Source: Candidatus Krumholzibacteriia bacterium (GTDB lineage: Bacteria > Krumholzibacteriota > Krumholzibacteriia > JAJRXK01). Taken from it: a stretch of DNA of 64,000 nucleotides. Below are positions 9,710 through 17,869 of this stretch, one piece after another. Within the stretch, counting starts at the first letter, position 1. Each line of letters starts with the position of its first letter. Where the stretch lies: the NCBI GenBank assembly GCA_041484665.1, contig JBGPIA010000001.1, forward strand, positions 864,001 through 928,000, given 5' to 3'. Below the pieces are notes generated by a model. It was not told the origin of the DNA, did no database searches, and saw only the letters and a list, made by a program, of their open reading frames with translations. A program made the position numbers and the translations under genes.

Positions 9710-10497
9710 CGCTCGCCCAGGGCGCGGGCGATCTCCTCGGCGATGATGCGCGCCACGTCGGCGTTGTGCGGCTCGCCGGGTCCAGCGGGGACCGGCGGGG
9801 TCCGCTCGGCGGCCGCTTCCTCCGCCGTCTTGCAGCTGGGCGGCGTGCCACTCAGGCCGTACATGGCACGTCCGGACTGCAGCCTGTCCACCTGCTGTTG
9901 CGAGAGCGGCTGCGGTCCGCCCAGCACCATCGACAGCAACGTGATGCGCGCCACGTGATCGACGGTCTCGAGCTTGTAGTACGCGTCGAGCACGTCCTTG
10001 CCCACGGCGACCACTCCGTGATTGCGCAGCAGGATCGCGTCGTGGTCGACGATCAGCTCGCAAACCACGGAGCCCACCTCGGCGGTCCCGGGTGTCGCGT
10101 ACCGGGTCACGGGCACTGCACCCAGGCTCACCACGACCTCCGGCAGCAGGCACAGGTCGAGGTCGCGCCCAGCGGTGGCGAAGGCCGTGGCGAACGGCGG
10201 GTGGCCATGGACGATGGCGCGCACATCGGGGCGCGCAGCGTAGATGGCCAGGTGCATCCCCAGCTCGGTGCTTGGGCGCGCGTCGCCCACCGGGCGCCCC
10301 TGCAGATCCGCCAGCGCGAGGTCCTCCGGCTGCAGGAAGCCCTTGCAGACGCCCGCCGGCGTGGCCAGCACCCAGTCGTCCCCCACGCGCGCGCTGACGT
10401 TTCCCTCCAGCCCGATCACCAGGCGGAAGCGGTACATGCGGCTGCCCACCTCGACGATGTCGCGGCGGGCGGCTTCCAGCGAAAGAGAGGTCGTCAT
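9706..10497 (-). CDS. Class II aldolase/adducin family (fuculose-phosphate aldolase-like) with a C-terminal encapsulation-peptide-like helix
   Basis: EGNVSAR, TPAGVCK, PSTELGMH, AIVHGHP and LLRNHG; a Pro/Ala linker then HNADVARIIAEEIARALGER. Confidence 0.9.
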   Translation of the reverse strand: MTTSLSLEAARRDIVEVGSRMYRFRLVIGLEGNVSARVGDDWVLATPAGVCKGFLQPEDLALADLQGRPVGDARPSTELGMHLAIYAARPDVRAIVHGHPPFATAFATAGRDLDLCLLPEVVVSLGAVPVTRYATPGTAEVGSVVCELIVDHDAILLRNHGVVAVGKDVLDAYYKLETVDHVARITLLSMVLGGPQPLSQQQVDRLQSGRAMYGLSGTPPSCKTAEEAAAERTPPVPAGPGEPHNADVARIIAEEIARALGER

Positions 10498-10647
10498 CGT
10501 TGACCCCAGTGAGCCCCGCTCCGTCCAAGCACGCTGGCCGTGGCGCGCGAGCAGCGCCCGAGTGTAGGGGCAGGCAAGTTGCGACACAAGCGGGGCGACC
10601 GCGAGGGAGCGACCACGAGGCGACCACGACGTCCGGGCGGCCGCGCG

Positions 10648-11631
10648 CTACGGCACGAGGACCGCTGCGCCCACCACGCTCCCAGCACGCAGCGCGGCGA
10701 GGGCCTGCTGCGCGTGCTCCAGCGGGTACCCATGCACCGTCACGCGTACGGGCACAGCGGGGGCGAGCCGGAAGAACTCCTCCCCATCGCGCCGTGTCAG
10801 ATTGGCCACCGAGCGCACCACGCGCTCCCCCCAGAGGATCTCGTAGGGAAACGACGGGATGTCGCTCATGTGGATGCCGGCGCAGACGACCGTGCCACCC
10901 TTCCGCACGGCACGCAGCGCGGCCGGCACCAGCGCTCCAACCGGCGCGAAGAGGATCGCGGCGTCGAGGGGTTCGGGCGGCGCGGAGTCGGAGCCGCCCG
11001 CCCACTGTGAGCCCAGCGCGCGGGCGAAGCACTGCCCCTTTGCGTCACCGGGTTTGGTGAATGCGAACACGCGCCGGCCCTGGTAGCGCGCGATCTGGGC
11101 GATGATGTGCGCCGCCGCCCCGAAGCCGTAGAGCCCAAGGCGTTGCGCGTCCCCGGCGGCGATCAGCGACCGATAGCCGATCAGACCCGCGCACAACAGC
11201 GGCGCGGCCTCCAGGTCCGAGTAGCCCGCCGGGAGCCCAAAGCAGAAGCGCTCGTCGGCGACCGCGTACTCGGCGTAGCCCCCGTCGAGGTCGTAGCCGG
11301 TGAAGCGAGCGCGGTCACAGAGATTCTCGCGGCCGGCCCGGCAGTGCTGGCATTCGCCGCAGCTCCACCCCAACCACGGCACGCCCACGCGATCGCCAAG
11401 TGACCAGCGCCGCGCTCCGGGGCCGGTCTCCAGCACGGTTCCGACGATCTCATGCCCGGGAATCAACGGCAGCTTGGGCTGCGGGAGCTCCCCGTCGATG
11501 ATATGCAGGTCGGTGCGACACACGGCGCAGGCGTGCACGCGCAGCAGCACCTGCCCATCACCCGGCCGCGGGTCGGCCACCTGCGCCGCGCGTAAGGGAA
11601 CGCGCGGACTCTCGAGCAGCATCGCTCGCAT
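10648..11631 (-). CDS. Zinc-dependent alcohol dehydrogenase family protein
   Basis: CAVCRTDLH, GHEIVG, structural-Zn motif CGECQHC...ENLC, PLLCAG and GLYGFG. Confidence 0.92.
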   Translation of the reverse strand: MRAMLLESPRVPLRAAQVADPRPGDGQVLLRVHACAVCRTDLHIIDGELPQPKLPLIPGHEIVGTVLETGPGARRWSLGDRVGVPWLGWSCGECQHCRAGRENLCDRARFTGYDLDGGYAEYAVADERFCFGLPAGYSDLEAAPLLCAGLIGYRSLIAAGDAQRLGLYGFGAAAHIIAQIARYQGRRVFAFTKPGDAKGQCFARALGSQWAGGSDSAPPEPLDAAILFAPVGALVPAALRAVRKGGTVVCAGIHMSDIPSFPYEILWGERVVRSVANLTRRDGEEFFRLAPAVPVRVTVHGYPLEHAQQALAALRAGSVVGAAVLVP

Positions 11632-11802
11632 CGTTGCCCACCTCCTCGTCCGCGCCGCGCCGCCGGCTCGCGACGCGGTGCATGGCCCGTGCTTTCGCCA
11701 AGCGAGGCTAGTATGGCACCACGCCGCGTGCGTAGCGCTCCCACGACGTGCGCAACGGGGGCGATGGACGCGCCGGGGCCGCCCGGGGCGGCGGTCGCGC
11801 CG

Positions 11803-12609
11803 TCATCGTGCCCGCCCCGTGGCGCGGGCGCGCGCCGTGCGGGCTCCCTGGCGGGCGGCGCGCAGCGGCGGCGGCGTGCGCGTGGCGCGCGTGAGCGCCA
11901 GCACCGCCACCACCGCAACATCGGGGTCCGTGCGCCAGGCGGCGTGGACCGCCAGCGGACGCGTGCCGGCGCGCGTGCGCACCCAGCAGCCCACGATCTC
12001 GCCGCCGATGCGCAGCGGGCTGCCGGAGCCGCGTTCTTCGGCGGGCAGGCCGCCAAGGGCGAGCAGTGGGCGGTTCGTGATGCCGATGGACGGCACACCC
12101 AGCTGCGCGCCCAGGTGCAGAGCGAGCCCGGCGCGGCGGGGGTGGTCGCGGCCCGTCGCGTTCACGAGCAGCAGATCCGCAACGCAGGGCAGCGCGCGGA
12201 CCGCGGCCTCCAGCAACGGGCCCTCGCGCAGCGCGAGCAGCCCGGCGCCGTACGATGCGCCCGCGGCGCCGCGGACCACGGCCACGGCGACGATCCTGCC
12301 CGCGACCACCAGCGCGGCGGCAGCCCAGGCCGGATCGCCTGGCGATCCCGGCCCACCACCGCCGCGCGGGAAGCAGACGAAACAGCCGGCCACCGCGCCC
12401 AGGCTTTCCGCGTCCAGCTCCGGCGAGACAGGGGGCACCAAGCCTGCATCCGCGGGACCGGGGCGCGCCGTGCCGACGCCTTTGGCCGGGTGCCAGAGCG
12501 GCGGCGACTGCGCCCCCAGCTGCTGCTGCACCGCCATCAGCTCCTGCGGCGTCGCAGGCCAAGGCTGCACGAGCGCCTCCCCTGGTCCGTCCTCCGCGGG
12601 CCACTTCAT
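11803..12609 (-). CDS. Endonuclease V-family protein with substituted catalytic residues
   Basis: YGAGLLALREG, HPRRAGLALHLG, PSIG and RTPPPLR; start at ATG 12609. Confidence 0.8.
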   Translation of the reverse strand: MKWPAEDGPGEALVQPWPATPQELMAVQQQLGAQSPPLWHPAKGVGTARPGPADAGLVPPVSPELDAESLGAVAGCFVCFPRGGGGPGSPGDPAWAAAALVVAGRIVAVAVVRGAAGASYGAGLLALREGPLLEAAVRALPCVADLLLVNATGRDHPRRAGLALHLGAQLGVPSIGITNRPLLALGGLPAEERGSGSPLRIGGEIVGCWVRTRAGTRPLAVHAAWRTDPDVAVVAVLALTRATRTPPPLRAARQGARTARARATGRAR

Positions 12610-12884
12610 GTCAGCGCGCAGCGCCGAGCGGATCGATACCGGCGCTGCGCCAGGGGTAAGGTGAACATCCGAATGGCCCAGCGCCGGCTCACACAGTACC
12701 ACGGGACGCCGGGAACCCGGCCACTGCGGGCACCGGGCGGGCGCCCCGTGCCGCGACGTCCCGGCACGCGTTGACGCCTCCCGCACCCGATGCAATTGGA
12801 ACAGCCCTTGCGATCCCTGGACCCGAACGACAACCGGCGACGCAACTGACGCATTGCCAACGAGCCAGGAAGGAGAGGCGTCCC

Positions 12885-13574
12885 ATGAGGTACACAATGT
12901 TCACGCCCGTGCTTGCGCTGGGCCTTGCCGTGTGGGCGGTGACCCCGGCGCAGGCGCAGCTCGCGCGCGACCGTGTCGAGAAGGCCAACGACCGCGCTCA
13001 GATTCGCCAGGATAACCGCGCGCTGCGCGATGACCTGTCCGATGCCGCGCGCCTGCAAGCCCTACTCGATCGCTTCGACGCCGCGCGCGCGGGGCACGAT
13101 ATGGCGGCCCTCGCGCGCATCGACGGCGAGCTTCGAACGTATCTGGGCTCCGAGCTCGGCGAGTCCAAGGTCGGGGTGGCGCGCGCCGGCAAGGAGGTTC
13201 GCCAGGACCGGCGCGAGGTGCGCTCCGATCGGCGCGAGATCCAGGGCAATCAGATCCAGGACGCTCCCCCGGTCGTTCGGGTAGATGACCGGCACGACCT
13301 GCGCGACGATCGGCGCGATCGGTCCGATGACCGCCGTGACGCCAGTGCCGAGCGCCGCGAGTTGGCGGCCAAGCGGCGTATCGCCGTGCGGCTGCACGGT
13401 CTGGATGGCAAGTACGATGAGAGCAGCCTGGTCGCCCGTCGCGCCATGATCGTAGACCTGGTAGGGCTGGCGGGCGGTGAGATCCGCCAGGATGCCACCG
13501 AGAAGCACGAGGACGTGCGCGAGCTGCGCGAGGACCGCCACGAGACGCGGGAGGACCGCCGGCAGGGCGGCTGA
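12885..13574 (+). CDS. Secreted hypothetical protein with Asp/Arg/Glu-rich heptad-like repeats
   Basis: AGGAG-type RBS, signal peptide ending AQA, repeats such as EVRQDRR/EVRSDRR/DLRDDRR/ELREDRH/ETREDRR. Confidence 0.75.
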   Translation: MRYTMFTPVLALGLAVWAVTPAQAQLARDRVEKANDRAQIRQDNRALRDDLSDAARLQALLDRFDAARAGHDMAALARIDGELRTYLGSELGESKVGVARAGKEVRQDRREVRSDRREIQGNQIQDAPPVVRVDDRHDLRDDRRDRSDDRRDASAERRELAAKRRIAVRLHGLDGKYDESSLVARRAMIVDLVGLAGGEIRQDATEKHEDVRELREDRHETREDRRQGG

Positions 13575-13698
13575 TCCGCGGCGCACGGCTGTGCCCCGCG
13601 CGCGGCCGAAGCGGCAACCGACGAACAGGCCCCGCTCTCGCAGGAGCGGGGCCTCGTCGTCTGGGCCGCGCTGGCGTCGGATCTGCTCCCCGCGGTGC

Positions 13699-14490
13699 CT
13701 ATTCAGGCTCAGGCCCGCCCTTCGCAGGCGCTGGCGCCGGACGCAGCCGGTGCCTCGCCCAAGCAGCGAGCAGCAAGACCGTCGGTACGATCGCGAGCGC
13801 GTAGACAAGCCAGTGCCCGTAGCGCCCGTCCGGCCCAAAGGCCTCGGTCGCGTCGTGCAGCGCCTGGGAATTCGGCCAGACTCCCGCCTCGGCGAGCTCG
13901 TGGAACCCAGCCAACAACAGCTGCACCAGGAAAAGACCGAGAAACGCCGATGAGACGTTCAGGATCGCCTTGAAGTTGATCCGCTTGCCGAGGCGGATCC
14001 ACGCGAATCCGATCGCCACAGATCCAACCAGCCCCAGCAGGAGTCCCGCCAGCAGCCCCGCCCGCTTGACCTGGAACAGCGCCGCATCGATCAACAGGGC
14101 CGTCTCCATTCCCTCGCGCGTGATCATGAAGACGGTGAACAGGAAGATGCCCCAGGAGCCCGCGAGCGTGCCCGTACCCGCGGCCGCCCCCTCCACACGA
14201 TGCTCGATGTCCGCTTTCAGGTGGGATGAGATCCGCTTCATATAGATCAGGAAGCTCCCCACCAGAAGAGCCGAGACCAGCGCGAGGACGCCCTCCCAGA
14301 GCGACTGGCGCATCGCTTTGGAGAGCAGATAGCCAGCGCCGGCACAGGTCGCGATGGACACCGCCACGCCGGCCCACACCGCCCGCAGAAGCCGGCGCCG
14401 CCCCGTCCGCAGCAGGTAGAGGGCCGTGAGCGCCACGATCAGGAACGACTCGGTGCCCTCACGAAGGGCGATGGTCAGACCCTGCCACAC
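13699..14490 (-). CDS. FTR1/EfeU-family iron permease
   Basis: Two RExxE motifs (LREGTES, TREGMET) and about 7 TM helices. Confidence 0.9.
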   Translation of the reverse strand: MWQGLTIALREGTESFLIVALTALYLLRTGRRRLLRAVWAGVAVSIATCAGAGYLLSKAMRQSLWEGVLALVSALLVGSFLIYMKRISSHLKADIEHRVEGAAAGTGTLAGSWGIFLFTVFMITREGMETALLIDAALFQVKRAGLLAGLLLGLVGSVAIGFAWIRLGKRINFKAILNVSSAFLGLFLVQLLLAGFHELAEAGVWPNSQALHDATEAFGPDGRYGHWLVYALAIVPTVLLLAAWARHRLRPAPAPAKGGPEPE

Positions 14491-14532
14491 GGGCGTTTCC
14501 TTTCGAGGCTTGACTCTCCGCAGAGATTGGGA

Positions 14533-14561
14533 AGAGTATCGTAGTCGAGACTGAGTCGCAA
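14533..14561 (-). promoter_or_regulatory. FTR1 promoter overlapped by a putative Fur operator
   Basis: Minus strand reads TTGCGA-17 nt-TACTCT. The imperfect palindrome TCGAGACTGAGTCGCAA (14545-14561) covers the -35 box and the first base of the fur start codon. Confidence 0.55.
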
Positions 14562-15067
14562 TGTCATATCGTCGCGAAGCTGCCCTGTTCCAGACCTACC
14601 TCGCGGGGCGGGGGCTGAGGTTCACCCCCGAGCGCCAACACCTCTTCGAGGAGATCTTCAAACGGCACGAACACTTCGAGCCGGACGAGCTCCTCTTCCG
14701 CCTGAGGCGGCGCGGTCGGAAGATCTCCCGGGCCACCATCTACCGTGGCCTGGATCTGCTGCTCGCGGCCGGCGTGGTGGGACGGGTGCGGGCGGGCGGC
14801 GAGGGGTATCGCTACGAGCGGCTCCAGGCGGGCGAGCACCACGACCATCTCATCTGCATCGGCTGCGGCCGGATCATCGAGTTCTACGAGCCGGAGATCG
14901 AACGTCTGCAGGACTCCGTCTGTGCCCGCAACGGATTCCGCCCCGTCAGCCACAGCCACGAGATCCGCGGTTTCTGCCGCGACTGCCGCCGGACGAAGCA
15001 GGCGGCGGTGGAGCCGCCGTCGCGTTCCCCGCGGGCGCGTCCGCTCAACCGCCGTAGGCGCCCTTGA
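14561..15067 (+). CDS. fur: Fur-family transcriptional regulator
   Basis: GLRFTPER, ISRATIYRGL, HHDHLICIGCG and GFCRDC. Confidence 0.92.
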   Translation: MSYRREAALFQTYLAGRGLRFTPERQHLFEEIFKRHEHFEPDELLFRLRRRGRKISRATIYRGLDLLLAAGVVGRVRAGGEGYRYERLQAGEHHDHLICIGCGRIIEFYEPEIERLQDSVCARNGFRPVSHSHEIRGFCRDCRRTKQAAVEPPSRSPRARPLNRRRRP

Positions 15068-15293
15068 GCACGCTCCACGCGCGAGTGGGCAGCGGCAGGG
15101 CGGCGCAGTCGCTGTCGTTTCCGTCGTAGGCCAGATCCCCGTCGTTGTCCAGCCCCTTGCCGTCGGCGTTGAAGTCCTCGCCGCCGTTAGCCTTGTTCTT
15201 GACGCAAGGCTTCGTGACGCGCACGTCGGCGCGTGTGAAGTACGGCGGCTTTACGTTCTCCGCGGCCGGAAGCGTCCCCGAAATTGCCCACAA
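15045..15293 (-). pseudogene. 3' remnant of a secreted protein, truncated at the island boundary
   Basis: Coding-like ENVKPPYF...GLDNDGDLAYDGNDSDC followed by the tail TRAWSVLKGAYGG. There is an in-frame stop two codons upstream and no signal peptide or RBS. Confidence 0.55.
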
Positions 15294-15315
15294 TGCTCAA
15301 TGGCGCGCGCCTGCG

Positions 15316-15819
15316 TCAGCGGTCTCGAGGTGGCGACGCCCCGCCCTCGAAGCGATCGTCGGCGATCCTCTGGTCGGAGGCGCTCGCATCCAGCCATCCC
15401 GCACGAGATTGCGGATAGGCGTCGAATGCAGGCACGTACGGCTTGATGTCCAGCAGAGGGGTGCCATCCAGCATGTCGAGGTCCTGGATGTGAAGCGTGT
15501 TCCCCTCGACCGACATGAGTCTCACCGCGGACAGGCCAATGGGATTCGGGCGCGTGGGCGCTCGCGTCGCGAAGAGCCCCCTTTCCACCGTATCGCGGTA
15601 GGGGATCACGCGGCTCTTCCAGGTCTTCGAGCGATTGAAGTAGTACAGCAGCCAGATGCGCTCGAATCCGGCGAGGTCCGCCAGCGCCTCAGCATATGGC
15701 TCGAAAATCGACACCGTGCCACGGGCACCTTGCGCGCAGCCCGGTTGGATCGGAGTGCCTGCCTGCTCACGATGCGGCGTGTGGATGACACCGATGGGAC
15801 GAACCAGAATCTCCTCCAA
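15316..15819 (-). CDS. trmO: TrmO/TsaA-family tRNA (t6A37) N6-methyltransferase-like protein
   Basis: PIGVIHTP, GLFATRAPTRPNPIGLS and LDMLDGTPLLDIKPY. Confidence 0.9.
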   Translation of the reverse strand: MEEILVRPIGVIHTPHREQAGTPIQPGCAQGARGTVSIFEPYAEALADLAGFERIWLLYYFNRSKTWKSRVIPYRDTVERGLFATRAPTRPNPIGLSAVRLMSVEGNTLHIQDLDMLDGTPLLDIKPYVPAFDAYPQSRAGWLDASASDQRIADDRFEGGASPPRDR

Positions 15820-15861
15820 CAGCGGCTCCTTTGCCTGCCAGGCGCTCGATGCACCGCCCCA

Positions 15862-17076
15862 TCAAAACATGGGTGTCGGGACGCGCCCCCACCCCGTGCC
15901 TGGGCCCAGGGGGCGGATGTCTAGCAGGACGAGGTTGTGGATATCCACGTCGGCAAGGAACTGCGGGACGCGGGTCGTATTGATGCCGAACAGTCTCCCC
16001 GGGGTATGCGCCGCCTGCGGGGCGTCGATGCGCAGGAAGATGAGCCGGCGAACAACACCGCCGGCAGCGGGGCTCGTCGCCGGTGCGCCTCCCATCTCGT
16101 GATGCATCATCATGTGGCCGCCCTGCAGGTGCCGGAAGGGATGGAAAATCCAATCAGCGATCATCGCCAGCGTCTGATGGTGTTCGTAGAGCCGCCACTG
16201 CGGGCCGGTGTCCGCGATCATTCCCTGCATCACGTATTGCTGGGGGACGAGGTAGACGAGAATGGGCCCGGCCTCCTGCTCAAGCCTGGTCTTCACCTGC
16301 GGCAGCTCGAGAACGTCGGTCATCCGGTGTTCCAACATGATCGCGTCGCCCGGCAGAATCGCGATGGCAGTGACCTGCCCCGACGACCACAGGGGTAGCC
16401 GGGCGATCGTGTAGGCACGAAGGGCAAATGCACCCCCCACGACCACAATCACGAGGAGCGCGAAGCCAAGCAGCGGCCGAAGCACCGGCGACTTCGGGAA
16501 CGGCGGCCGATTCACGACCCGCTCCAACCCCAGCGGGAAGAACGCACCCGCCCGGGCCATGTACGACTCGTACTGCTCGCCGAACTTGTCGACCATGCGC
16601 CGCTCCTCGTCCCTGGACAGCAGGTAGTAGAGCCAGACCATGACCGTCCACAGAACGATGGTGAGGAACCGCGGCCAGAGGATGGCCAACCCCAATCCGG
16701 TGAGGCTAAGGGCGAGGTACTGCGGGTGTCGGATCCACCGGTAGAGCCCGCCGAGGGCCGGGCCGCGCCGGAGGAACTTGTGGAAATACACCTGCCCGGC
16801 GCAGGCGAGGAAGACGATCGTTCCGCCGACAACAAGCACCGAGCCTGCCACCCGGATGGCCTTCAGAAAGAGCCCGGGCGGGAGCACCATGTGCGGGAGG
16901 AAGAACGCCGCGAGCCAGCGCGTGGCCGGCCACTGGGCGCAGACGAGGAGAACGGGATTGAAAGCCGCATAGAAGAACGCAGCGAAGGGGCTGATCATGA
17001 TCAACACTTCGAGCGCGATAATGAAATACAGGACGATGACCCCGCCGAAGAGGCCACGCACTTGGCTCACACGCAA
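15862..17076 (-). CDS. ICMT/PEMT-family membrane methyltransferase with a C-terminal soluble extension
   Basis: GLYRWIRHPQY, EERRMVDKFGEQYESY and multiple TM helices. Confidence 0.8.
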   Translation of the reverse strand: MRVSQVRGLFGGVIVLYFIIALEVLIMISPFAAFFYAAFNPVLLVCAQWPATRWLAAFFLPHMVLPPGLFLKAIRVAGSVLVVGGTIVFLACAGQVYFHKFLRRGPALGGLYRWIRHPQYLALSLTGLGLAILWPRFLTIVLWTVMVWLYYLLSRDEERRMVDKFGEQYESYMARAGAFFPLGLERVVNRPPFPKSPVLRPLLGFALLVIVVVGGAFALRAYTIARLPLWSSGQVTAIAILPGDAIMLEHRMTDVLELPQVKTRLEQEAGPILVYLVPQQYVMQGMIADTGPQWRLYEHHQTLAMIADWIFHPFRHLQGGHMMMHHEMGGAPATSPAAGGVVRRLIFLRIDAPQAAHTPGRLFGINTTRVPQFLADVDIHNLVLLDIRPLGPGTGWGRVPTPMF

Positions 17077-17372
17077 CCTCCTGGTCCTGACACGTGGCTC
17101 CTACTTCCCGTTCTCAGTGGCCTCGGCTCCACGGTCCCCGGCGCCGGCTGGCGGCAACCTAGCGAATCTGCATCCGGGCGCGATTGTACTCCTGCCTTGC
17201 GCCACACGACCGCTCTCGATCTGTGATCCTGCCCCGACGGCTGATGGCCTGCAGAAGCTACCGGACGACTACGGTCGGCGGAGGCGATCGGGTCACGGCA
17301 CAGTACTGGGACAAGACGACATCGAGCGGCCCAAACTGGATCGCCCGCGGCCACCGCGGCTCCAGTCTCCGC

Positions 17373-17413
17373 TTGACACGAACTATCACAGTATTCTATA
17401 GAGTCATTGAATA
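17373..17413 (+). promoter_or_regulatory. Promoter and candidate operator of the ArsR-MMPL operon
   Basis: TTGACA (17373-17378), 18-nt spacer, TATAGA; AT-rich dyad TATTC-N12-GAATA (17392-17413) overlaps the -10 box. Confidence 0.55.
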
Positions 17414-17445
17414 CAGGAGTTCTAGAAAACGGCGAGGTGACGCAC

Positions 17446-17835
17446 GTGCCTTTCGAGAACCCAGAGGTCCGCGGCAGAGCCGCGCGGGCTCTCTTCGAGA
17501 GCCATGCCGAGATGTGCAAGGTCTTCTCGAACCCAATCCGCCTCATGATCTTGAACGTCCTGCGCGAGAAGGAGATGAGCGTCGCTGCGCTCGCGGACGA
17601 GCTCGGCGAGGCCATCGGAACCGTGTCCGCCCATCTCCTGATGATGAAGCGACAGCGAGTGCTCACCTCCCGGAAGCAGGGGAATCAGGTCTTCTACAGC
17701 CTGGCGAATCCGAAACTGCTACGCGCCTTCGACCTGATTCGGGAGATCCTGCGGGAGCAGATGCAACGGGAGGGGCGGCTCGCCGAGGGAATGACTCCGG
17801 CCAGACGGGTCAGGAAACGAGGCGGCAGACCATAG
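17446..17835 (+). CDS. ArsR/SmtB-family transcriptional repressor
   Basis: AEMCKVFSNPIRLMIL, EMSV, VSAHL and RKQGNQVFYSL. Start placed at GTG 17446 after GAGGTG (alternatives 17407 and 17437). Confidence 0.9.
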   Translation: MPFENPEVRGRAARALFESHAEMCKVFSNPIRLMILNVLREKEMSVAALADELGEAIGTVSAHLLMMKRQRVLTSRKQGNQVFYSLANPKLLRAFDLIREILREQMQREGRLAEGMTPARRVRKRGGRP

Positions 17836-17869
17836 TGCCTGCCTCGCGTGCCACTACCGAGGAGTCGAC

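Noticed and set aside
9710..11032. N-terminal extension of the ASPIC/UnbV ORF (1013 aa)
   Set aside because: It overlaps the aldolase and ADH genes in another frame, an artefact of stop-codon scarcity at high GC.
15297..15299. In-frame TGA upstream of the 15045-15293 remnant as a second selenocysteine codon
   Set aside because: There is no redox motif, and the upstream frame is not coding-like and runs into trmO. Truncation is the simpler explanation.
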